Shown here in pieces: positions 51,419 to 64,000 of a stretch of DNA of 64,000 nt. The position numbers and the translations under genes were made by a program. The first letter of the stretch is position 1; each line of letters begins with the position of its first letter. The notes beneath the pieces were generated by a model. That model was given only the letters and a program-made list of their open reading frames with translations. It was not told the origin of the DNA and made no database searches. This stretch comes from the human T2T-CHM13v2.0 reference genome, Homo sapiens, in NCBI RefSeq assembly GCF_009914755.1, contig NC_060935.1. The stretch is one strand, 5' to 3'.

Positions 51419-53689
51419 CATAGAGCAGCTATTATTTGTAGTTACATGTCACTTTCCTTCACCCTAAATGTTAATTCGTCAACAGCAGCTGAAGGTTTTC
51501 TATATACCATCTCCATTTTAATTATGATGAACAGAGACAGAAGATTGTCTAATGGAGGGGAGGCTTCCCTGGATCTCAGAGCCATGGTCCAGTTCCTCTG
51601 CTCTCCTCACTGCCATGCTTCCCCCCGGGTACGTTTTGAAGTGGAAGTGTGCTGGAGGCAGGTGCAATTTGATTTCATGCTCTTGGAACTTTTCCATGGG
51701 TCCTTTTGCCCCGGGGGTGGACGTGGGTTATCTAGCAGGGCTGGCCTCTGCCCTGGTCCTCAGGAGCAGAGTAGGGAGAGAATCCTGAGTAGAGTCACAG
51801 ATCATATTTGGTGGGACAGGAGGCCAGACTCAGGAGCAATTCTGCAGCTTTAGAAAGACTAAAAGTGGATTCAGTGACGATCACAGTTTTCTGCCTCCCA
51901 ACCTCGCTCAGCCTCCATGCATTTCTGCTCTGTGCACAGAGCCTAGGCTCATTCTCTTACTCCATACCAGACATCCCACTCTGAATTTAGCAACCAAGGC
52001 ACCTGGCTTTCCTTCAACAGCCCTTGGCCAGTGATGTGAAATTCAGAGCCTGATTCTATTATGCCAACACTGGGCCTGCCAGGGTCCTGACAGCAAAGGA
52101 CCATCTCCTCTTAATCTACTCGCCGGCTGTGTCTCAGTCCAGGCTGCCCAGCGGGAGGTTGGGGACGGGTAGGGAAGTCAGGAGAAGCAATAATCTATTC
52201 TAAATTCATCCTTGCCCTTGGCCTGAGGTACACTGCTGCCATTTATACTAAATCAAGTGCTCCGGATGCCCCATGAGTTTCAGCTAATGTGCAATCATAG
52301 CTGCCGACTCTGGGACACAAATTGTTTATCAGAGGACACCACGGATACTTTGGAGTCAGGCTACATTCCACAGGGGGCCCAGAGCATAGGCACTTCTCCC
52401 TACAAAGATGTCTGTGTACAGCCTGGGACCCGGCCCAGCAGCCATGGGAGGGGAGGTTTCCTCCAATATATTATTGGAGGTGCTGGTTCCCAGAAACAGC
52501 AGGGTGAGAGCATTTGATTTTGCATGGCAGTGGTTTTTTTCTTTTTTTTCTTTAAAGAATGAGGGTAGAAGTGGGAGGAGGTAGGAATACAATTTAGGAA
52601 CTCGTGTTGGATGGAAAAGGGTGGACAGCTGTGGAAACTAAACCGAGCCCAACCACAGATATCCTCACACCAAGTAAAGTGTTTATTCGGGCAGGAATTG
52701 GGGTGCGCACAGGGTGTCCTAGAAAATGCAAAGCGGGCATTTGGGAAAGAAAGGTGCTTCATTTATCCTCTTTTTCTGTTATAATTTTTTTTCTAGATTA
52801 GGTAGAGTAACTTTGTTGAGATACTTATTGAATGCAGCTTATAAACTTGATAGAAAATCAAGATCCCTCTAAGTGCTAGCAGATCATATGAGAGAGAGAG
52901 AGAGAAAGAGAGAGAGAATTTAGAGCCCTGGATATCCTTTCTGGGTCACTCAAGTGATGTGGGAATCACAGACTGACTTTCTGCTAATCCAGAGCGACCC
53001 ATAGTCTAGATCCAAGTAACTCTGACTCCGGTGCTTAAATGGCAGCAACTTTCCTGTTCTTTCTGAGTTGGGAATGCTGGGAGGGGCTTTGGAGAGGAGG
53101 CAAATGGGTTCTTCTGTATGAAGCGGAGTCTAGGCGTCAAAATTCCAACTGTGTCATAAAGACGGTCATGCAAAACTGAGTACTGGTGGGGTCTACCATC
53201 AAGGAGGCAATTACAGGCTAACCTTGGGGCCTATTCCATCTCCAAGGAGCTCTCCACACACACATTCGGAATTAGATTGATCTCTTTCATTAACATCAAT
53301 AGGCTCCAAATACCTTTGTGTACTTATTATTACCTGGCTTTAATGGATAATGAAATTGTGGCATAATATTGCTAACACCTGAAGGGTGTCTAATGGGGAA
53401 CATGGACTGAAACTAAAGTGCTTTTTCTTCCCTTTCTGTGGAATTTAAAGGCACCAGCTCCTTTAGTCCATTAGAAATGATGAGCTGTAGGTAGGGGCAG
53501 TTTTGCAGAGAGCAGTGTCTCACTGAGCAGGTGACATGCCTTCTACTCAGCAGAAGCAGGAGTCACTGCTTCTTGCATGATCTGCAGAGAGGTCGCCCTC
53601 AGAAAGACTGACCTCAAGAGGATAGCCTCCATTCAGGCTAACTCCACACTTCCATTATATTGGAACTAAAAGTAGTGCTACTACCAGAC

Positions 53690-54065
53690 TCCAGTACAAT
53701 TCAATAAACATCTTTTGAGTTCTTACCATGTGCCAGGCTCCATGGTGAACACTTAGGACATAAAGATGAATAAATGAAGGCTCCTGACATCTATCACAGA
53801 TCCCCAAAATCTGCCCAGGGAGACATAATAGCAATAACCACAAAGCTGAGCACTTAGCCTATGCCAAGCACCATTTTAAAGTTTGTACCTATAATCCTCA
53901 CATCCCTAGGAGATGAGTGATCCAAGTATCTGCATTTTTACAAATAAATGAATTGAGGTGCAGAGAAGTTAAGTAACTTACAGGAGGCTGCAAGGTGACT
54001 GGTGGAGCCTGGACTTGAACCCAGGCAACTTGACTCCAGAAACTATGTGCCTAATTCCATATCAT
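53690..54065 (-). mobile_element. L2 3' end and adjacent MIR
   Basis: ttcaataaacatcttttgag...atgtgccagg; ttttacaaataa...tgaggtgcagagaagttaagtaactt. Confidence 0.7.
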
Positions 54066-54148
54066 GCTGACACACAACTAAAGGCAGTGCAGTATATTCT
54101 GGTCCATTCTTTGCCATTTGCCCACTGGGCATTACTTGGCAGGTCGCG

Positions 54149-54815
54149 TGTATTAGTGTCACAAGGCTGCCATAACAAAGTAGCCCAAACTGGGTGGCTC
54201 AAAACAACAGAAATTCATTTTCTTGCAGTTATGTAGGCTGTAAATCTGAAATCAAGACTTGGGCAGGGTTGGTTCCTTCTGGGCATTCTGAGGGAGAATC
54301 TGCTCCTTGCCTCTCCTCTGCCTCTGGTTGCTGCCAGGAACCTGTGGTGTTCCTTGGCTGGTAGATGCGTTGCTCCCGTCTCTGCCTCCATCTTCACATG
54401 GCCTTCTCCTTGTGTGTCTCTTCTCTTCTTATCAGAACTCCAGTCACATTGGATTAAGGGCCCACTCTACTCCAGTATGACCTCATCCTACTCTAGTACA
54501 TCTTCAATGATATCATTTCCAAATAAGGTCACATTCTGAGGTTCCAGGAAATACATGAATTCTTGGGGGCCCTCTTCAACCTAGTAGAGTCTGCAACCCA
54601 AAATTCACTTCTGCTCCATGTGCAAATTCATTCAGCCGCATCCCAACATCCCCCAAAGTTTAACCCAGCATCATTCCAGTGTCAACTCTTAAGTCCAAAA
54701 TATCATCTAAATATAAACTCGAAAAGTCCCAAATCTCATTGTTTAAATGATCTAAAGCAGGTAATGACCTTGATTATGGTCCATTCTGGGGCAAAATTTC
54801 TCTCCTGCAACTGAC
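54149..54815 (-). mobile_element. MLT1C-like MaLR LTR with adjoining internal fragment
   Basis: tgtattagtg...ggctgccataacaaa...aaaacaacagaaatt...tttccaaataaggtcacattctgagg. Confidence 0.8.
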
Positions 54816-55096
54816 TCATGAAACACTCAATCACCAGAATCTGCTGCCTGATCCTACAAGATGGGATAAGGGCAGGGAACTGTCTTATTAATAGTACTAA
54901 CTTCAGTATTTAGGATAGTACCAGACAACCTGTTCATGCTCAATTAATGTTTATTGAACAAAGGAATAAAGGGCTCTGATTATCCAATGAGATAATAAAA
55001 ACAAAAAATTTCTGAAAACTATATGATGAAATTAGAGTTTATTTAGGCTGCACTGGGTTTGCAGGGAAAATTAGTCTAGGCCTGGCACTGTGGCTA

Positions 55097-55372
<276 letters not shown>

Positions 55373-55662
55373 TTAAATAACCACAAGAAAAAGGTGGATT
55401 CTTTCTTCTGGAAGAAAACCAAAACCCAAAACTATAGGTACTATTTTGTGTGTCTTAGAAATGCGAACATCCTTCCTAAAGGTAAGAGAATGGATGAGGT
55501 GGTTTTGGAAGGCCTATCTAGTTTTGCGATTCTATAAGCCAAACAAAGACAAGAGACGGCTTTGCTTTATGTTACAGCAGAAGCTAATTGTCCACCCTTG
55601 TCCCTATGTCTTTTCCCTCTGCCTTCATTTACTGTTGACATCCAGTGAGGACTATCCTTCTG

Positions 55663-55835
55663 ACAGGGTCAGCTAATAATATGCAGGGTTAGTGAAAAAT
55701 GAAAATGCAGGACCCCTTATTCAAACATTTTTAAGAATTTCAAAATAGAACCAGTGGAGCACTAAACCAAGTGCAGGGCCCTTTCAAGAGCAGGCTCTGT
55801 GTGACTACATAGGTTCATATCCACAAAGCCTGCCT
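55663..55835. mobile_element. MER45-like hAT DNA transposon relic
   Basis: cagggtcagc...aaatgaaaatgcaggacccc...taagaatttcaa...gagcactaaaccaag; family name from memory. Confidence 0.6.
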
Positions 55836-56152
55836 ACCTCCTAACCTCTTAGCTCTTGCCACAGCTCTCCCTCAGATGATTTCTCGGGGAACACGTGGTC
55901 TGATAAACCTGTACTTTCTTGGAAATCAGGGACCTTGAGGGGCCACACCATCCATCTCTGGCTCTGTCCCAGACATAGATTTGCTGTCGTGTCAGCCTCT
56001 GGGTGGAGAGGTGTCATCTCAGCTTGTTTTCTTTACATAGGGACGTGCTGTAGAGAGCACAGCTGCTCATCTCAGTTGTACCCAAGATGTTTGGCAAGGC
56101 AAAAGTAAACTGCTTTTTGAAAAAGGAGGAAATCAAGGCATGGAGGAGTTGA

Positions 56153-56614
<462 letters not shown>

Positions 56615-58430
56615 TAGTATCTGCCAAGTCTCTAGGGAGTGTTCCCATTTCTACCCTCCAGAGTCAGCAGGGGTGGTCACCCCGTCACCCCGACCCCACA
56701 GGGCTAGATCACCAATAGCCCAGAATGGGCCACAACATAATACCCCCATGGACTCTGGCCACTTGATTCCCTTTTTCCTGCCCCCACCTAACCACAGCCA
56801 TCTCAGTCACTGCATGATGACAGGAGCTAGAGGGGTGCAGGCTGATGACAGTTAATTTTGTTGTTGCTTTCCTTGTTGACTGCACTTTGGTAGAAATGTG
56901 TTTTAACCAGATTATTGCAAAGCAGTGAGTGTCGCTCTGGTTTAGGTATTTGCAGCCAATTATGGTTTAATGTGAATGACAACAGGCAGACAACAATCTG
57001 CCAAACAACTCTGGCTTGCCAAGCTCCACAGAGTCGGGATGTGCTCCCAGACCCAATGGCTGGAGAGCCCCCACTCTTATCAGCAAGGTGATGTTTCATC
57101 TCCCCCAGCCAAGCTCTTCTCCCGGCACCTCCTGCTCCATCACTGGCCTTTGCACTTCATCTCTGCCCTGGCTCATTTCTTTGTGACACTCTTCTCCAGT
57201 GGGAGATGGGGATGAAGGAGAAGAACCCTGCACTCAACTCAGAGGTCTGGTCAGGTCAAGAGTTGTAGCTATCTTGTCCCGGGAAAAAGCACTGGGCTTG
57301 GAATCGGAAGATGTGGGGGCACATCCCAGCTCTGTCTCTTACTCAACTTACTCACTTAAGGGAGCTCAGCTTTCCTTTTGAAAATCTATAAAGTAGAGGC
57401 TATTACCTACCAAGTTTGCAGCGAGGATTAAATAAATCACACCATATGTGTGAAAGTGTCCGGCACACTATCTGACACATATTGAGCCGTTCATTGTTTG
57501 GTGAATCAGAGAAACGGGAGATTTCAAATGTCATTTTTGTCCAAATCCAACAGCAAAGGGTCCAGAATACTCATTTGTTTAATAAACATTTATTGAATAC
57601 CCACTGTAAGATAGGTCTTATTTTTGGCCCCTTGGGGGATTATCTAACTACCCCAGAGATGGGATGAGATGACAGTCCAGGCCGTAGTGGGGAAGCAGCC
57701 CTGCCATTCACCTGTTTCTCTTTAGGAAGGATGAGAATGGAGTGTGTGCTTATTAAAGACACTTGCCATCATCATTTCAAAGAAGTGAGGTATAAAAAAA
57801 TGGCAACAATAGTAGTAATTTTATGAGACCCAAATTCCAAGCTACAAGAGCAGCTCTGTGTGGCCAGCACAGTGCAGGCCAGCAGGACAGCTTCAGGCGG
57901 CCTCCACTGAGACGCACTCCTCCACCCCCTGCATCTGTGCTCCTGGAGACTGAGCTGTGGCTTGCAAAGATGGGACCACTGGTCATGCTTGACCAGTAGG
58001 GAGAGGAAGCAGGCAGGGGAAGCAGTGGCAGGAGATGGGAGGAGGGAGGAGGGCCGAGACGGGGTACTTAGCTCTCCATTTCTGCCCCAGTGGAGTCAAC
58101 ACCAGGCAGGCTAAGAGAAAACCACAGGTCCTATCTGGCAGCCTCTGCACAGCTTTCTCTTCAGGTCTGGTCACCACTCCAGCCCTTGACTCCTTCAGGC
58201 CTAAGGGTGGTAACAGATCACCCAGTCCCCGAAAAGCCCAGGGGTCTGCCCGCCATCTTGTGGTTTCCCTAAAGCCTGCTCACACCTTGCAGATAGTCTC
58301 ATTTTTGAGCCGTCTTCAAACTTCCAAATTTAATTGTGCAAGTTTTCCTGCCCAGAATGATAGACACACAGGTGCTAAGGAGTTCAGAATCCAAGGAAGG
58401 AGATAGATTAGACCAAAAAGTAATACAATA

Positions 58431-58815
58431 AGCCAGGCACGGTGGCTCACACCTGTAATCCCAGCACTTTGGGAGGCTGAGGCAGGGGGATCACCTGAGG
58501 TCAGGAGTTGGAGACCAGCCTGGCCAACATGGTGAAACCCCATCTCTAGCAGAGCTTGCAGTGAGCCGAGGTCGCACCACTGCACTCCAGCCTGGGTGAC
58601 AGAGCGAGACTCCGTCTCAAAAAAAAGAAACCCCGTCTCTACTAAAAATACAAAAAATAAGCCGGGCATGGTGGCACTCACCTGTAGTCCCAGCTACCTG
58701 AGAGGGTGAGGCAGGAGAATTGCTTGAGCCTGGGAGGTGGAGGTTGAGCTGAGATCGCGCCATTGCACTCTAGCCTGGGCAACAAGAGCGAAACTCCGTC
58801 ACACACACACACAAA
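58431..58815 (+). mobile_element. AluS containing a 5'-truncated AluY fragment
   Basis: gaaacccc(a/g)tctcta is duplicated around gcagagcttgcagtgagccgag...poly-A. Confidence 0.8.
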
Positions 58816-59324
58816 AGTAATACAATATATTGCATAATAAGTGGTTTCAGAAGGAAGATTTTAGTTTCAAAACAGTTTCTCACTTACCAGCTGGGTGAGT
58901 TTAAACAAGGAATTCAACCTCTTTGAAACTCAGTTTCCTGGTTTGTAAAATGAAGTTAATGATACCTGTTTGTAAAATGAAGTTGATACCCAGCCCTTAA
59001 AGTTGTGAAGACTGAGTAAGTTAAGTTTATGAGCCACTGAGTCTGGTGCCTGGCACACAGCAAGTGGTAAGTAAATGCTAGCTGCTGCTTCTTATTATCA
59101 CTATTAATAATATTAATATTAGCTCTGTGTAAAACTTAAAGGATTTTTTTCTCTTTTCTAAACCAAAAAGTAACCTGAAACATATTTCTAAGATAAATTA
59201 GACAGATTTTTCACATTATGCAAAAACGTTGGGTCTTCGGGGAGAATTCCTGGCTATGAATTTGGCCAAATCTGAGTCTGTTGGCCTAGATCCTCTTTTC
59301 ATCAGACCACTTGTTCCCGGCCAG

Positions 59325-59535
59325 GTGGTGATGCGCAGGCACCCCCTGGTCTATGTCGTGAGTCTGCTGATTCCTAGCATCTTTCTCATGCTGGTGGACC
59401 TGGGGAGCTTCTACCTGCCACCCAACTGCCGAGCCAGGATTGTGTTCAAGACCAGTGTGCTGGTGGGCTACACCGTCTTCAGGGTCAACATGTCCAACCA
59501 GGTGCCACGGAGTGTAGGGAGCACCCCTCTGATTG
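59325..59535 (+). CDS. HTR3B: HTR3B exon 7 (TM1, CRAR motif, TM2; VVMRRHPL...STPLIG)
   Basis: Acceptor ccggccag| and donor G|gtaagc; lies inside ORF 59229..59690. Confidence 0.97.
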
Positions 59536-59596
59536 GTAAGCAGCCTCGGGGTCACTGGACACTCATCTTACATGACCCCTGTGAAAGATCTAATGC

Positions 59597-60860
<1,264 letters not shown>

Positions 60861-60914
60861 CTGATGCTGCATTTCAGACTGGAGGCTAACTGCACCTCTT
60901 CTGGCTTCTCTCAG

Positions 60915-61097
60915 GGCACTTCTTCACCATCTGCATGGCCTTCTTGGTTCTCAGCTTAGCTAAGTCCATCGTGTTGGTCAAATTCCTCCATGATGAGCAG
61001 CGTGGTGGACAGGAGCAGCCCTTCTTGTGCCTTCGAGGGGACACCGATGCTGACAGGCCTAGAGTGGAACCCAGGGCCCAACGTGCTGTGGTAACAG
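60915..61097 (+). CDS. HTR3B: HTR3B exon 8 (TM3 and start of intracellular loop; HFFTICMAFL...RAVVT)
   Basis: Acceptor cttctctcag| and donor G|gtgtgt; 183 nt, phase 1/1. Confidence 0.96.
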
Positions 61098-61498
61098 GTG
61101 TGTGAGAAGCCTTGTGTTTCTCCCCCGTCTGGATTGATCACCTTAAAAATTCATTCCCGTTGATGATGTACTAGGTATTGCGTTGGCCTATGTGAAAAAC
61201 CTACAACAACTGCTTCTTAGCCTGGGTGTGGCATTTTATATTATCTCTCTGGAGACTGAAGGCTGCCTGCTTCTGGCTTTCTAGAAAGTCTCATTTTGTT
61301 GTTTTTCTGTTTGTTTTGGTTTGGTTTTTTGAGACAGGGTTTTGCCATGTTGCGCAGGCTGGTCTCGAACTCCTAGGCTCAGGCGATCTTCCCTCCTTTG
61401 CCTCCCAAAGTGCTGAGATTGCAGGTGTGAGCCACTGCGCTCAGCTGAAAGTCTAATTTTGGCTTGAATTTCAGGCCCTCAGTTACTCTTTGTTTTGA

Positions 61499-61843
<345 letters not shown>

Positions 61844-62243
61844 TAGCACAGTGCTGGCATGCACGTGCACACATGCATACAAGGAGCTTGTGTACATTTA
61901 GGTTCTAGTTGCTTAATGTGAACAAGTATAAGAATCATCCCAGCCCCTAAAGCTCCTACTGAGTCCATTTGGGCTGACCTCTAACTCAGAAACTCTACTG
62001 GACGGATCTAGCACACATACACCCTGCTTACATAATAACAGCTCTGACGTGTTCTCTGAGGCTTCCTGCAGTACAACTTTGCCTCGCCTAATCGGGTGGG
62101 GAGAGTACCCAACCCAAACACAACCCACTGCTCAGTTTCACCTGCAACTTTCCTTGAAGGATGAGGCCATCAGCTTCAAGAGAAAGTCCAGGTGGGTCTT
62201 GGTAGTCCCTGGCTCACCCAGGGTGTTTTCCTCCATCACACAG

Positions 62244-62479
62244 AGTCCTCGCTGTATGGAGAGCACCTGGCCCAGCCAGGAACCCTGAAGGAAGTCTGGT
62301 CGCAGCTTCAATCTATCAGCAACTACCTCCAAACTCAGGACCAGACAGACCAACAGGAGGCAGAGTGGCTGGTCCTCCTGTCCCGCTTTGACCGACTGCT
62401 CTTCCAAAGCTACCTTTTCATGCTGGGGATCTACACCATCACTCTGTGCTCCCTCTGGGCACTGTGGGGCGGCGTGTGA
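62244..62479 (+). CDS. HTR3B: HTR3B exon 9 coding part (MA helix, TM4, stop)
   Basis: Acceptor ccatcacacag|, then ESSLYGEHL...EWLVLLSRFDRLLF...WGGV; TGA at 62477-62479. Confidence 0.97.
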
Positions 62480-62559
62480 AGACTGAAGTGTTCTTCAGTA
62501 ATTGTGCTGGCACTTAGGAGAGAGAGGAGGGGGAATAATAGTGGGTTAAAAAGCTTTCT

Positions 62560-62682
62560 GGGTCGGGTGTGGTGGTTCTTGCCTATAGTCCCAGTGCTTT
62601 GGGAGGCCATAGCAGGAGGATTGCTTGAGCCCAGGAGTTCGAGACCAGCCAGAGCAACATAGTGAGACCACATCTCTACCAG

Positions 62683-62721
<39 letters not shown>

Positions 62722-62888
62722 ATAGCTGGGCATAGTGGCTCATGCCTGTACTCTCAGCTACTTGGGAGGTTGAGGTGGGAGGATTGCTTGAGCCCAGGAT
62801 TTCAAGGCTGCAGTGAGCCATGATTGCACCACTGCACCCCAGCCTGGGTGACAGAGCAAGACCCTGTCTCAAAAAAAATAAAATAAAA
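62560..62888 (+). mobile_element. AluJ in the HTR3B 3'UTR with an internal (TAAA)n expansion
   Basis: Starts about 80 nt after the stop codon; (TAAA) x about 10 at 62683-62723. Confidence 0.9.
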
Positions 62889-63374
62889 GGCTTTCTGCCT
62901 TCATTGCCTCTCCATTGAGTCCAGCTTCATACACCTAATAGTCTGCTGTGTGACCCAAGGATCATATGTTCATGAAAATGTATAAACAGTATGAGTATAC
63001 AGTAAAAAAGTAAACTTTCCTTCTTATCCCAGTCCACTCACCCAAAGCAACCACTGTTAGTAATTTCTTCCAGAAGATTTCTAGGCACACACATGCATCT
63101 ATGTATGGTTAAGCAGTTTTTTAAAAAGTGTAAGATAGCTCCATCTTCCAGCCCTGCCTTGGCCATTTATTCAGTCACCCATTCAACAAAACCTTTATTG
63201 AGTATTAAGTCCTAGGCATTATGTTAGGCACACCAGAGAATACAAAATAAGTCAGCACAGGTTATTATTCACTTGATGTGATTCCCATGGTCAACCTGGT
63301 ACCAACCAACCAGAGCATAAAATTCCTGCCATATCCCTCACCTTCTGAGGCTCTTGTTACCACTTCCCAGCTAA

Positions 63375-63713
<339 letters not shown>

Positions 63714-63764
63714 TAGTTCACGGTCCTTTGCTTCAAGGAAGTTATAATCCACTGTCCCTGAACT

Positions 63765-64000
63765 AGTCAGCTAGGAAATACTACACACTAAGTTGCTTTA
63801 AGAGAGATTTATTTTCTCACCAGTCTGGAAGCTAGAAGCCTAAGATCAAGGTGCAAACAGGGTGGGTGGCTTTCTTCTGAGCCCTGTCCTTGGCTTGCAG
63901 GTTGCTGACTTCTTGCTTTGTTTTCACATGACCTTTCCTCTGTGCATGCTCATGTCTGTGTCCAGATTTTCTCTTCTAACAAGGGCACCAGTGTTGTTGG
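63765..64000 (-). mobile_element. MLT1-type LTR fragment running off the window
   Basis: gatttattttctcaccagtctggaagctagaagcctaagatcaaggtg...ttcacatgacctttcctctgtg. Confidence 0.7.

Noticed and set aside
51248-51853. 201-aa ORF in intron 6
   Set aside because: It crosses a (CA)n(CT)n microsatellite, starts at a non-ATG codon and has no recognisable domain or splice support.
58941-58990. Short tandem duplication gtttgtaaaatgaagtt
   Set aside because: Ordinary slippage duplication within a MIR.

Overview
Primate genomic DNA, most likely human. It contains the complete HTR3B gene (serotonin 5-HT3 receptor subunit B) on the + strand: 9 coding exons from ATG 21272 to TGA 62479, 1326 nt, 441 aa, all introns GT-AG. 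This copy encodes Ser129 (the Y129S allele) and retains the promoter AAG at -102..-100. The rest is dense with Alu, L1, L2, MIR and LTR repeats, so almost all ORFs in the supplied track are repeat noise. The main find is in the 22-kb intron 2. On the minus strand, the unique-looking islands between younger repeats translate, in collinear order, into motifs of a DIRS-type (tyrosine-recombinase) retrotransposon. These are reverse transcriptase and RNase H (well supported), then a methyltransferase-like domain and a tyrosine recombinase (weaker). DIRS elements are generally regarded as absent from mammals, so this may be an unannotated, very old fossil. I matched the motifs by eye against remembered consensus sequences, so they need HMM/tBLASTn confirmation. 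Other observations include a direct duplication flanking the in-frame exon 8, a 63-bp upstream duplication, a POU/octamer motif cluster and several nested insertion events. Repeat boundaries and subfamily names are approximate.
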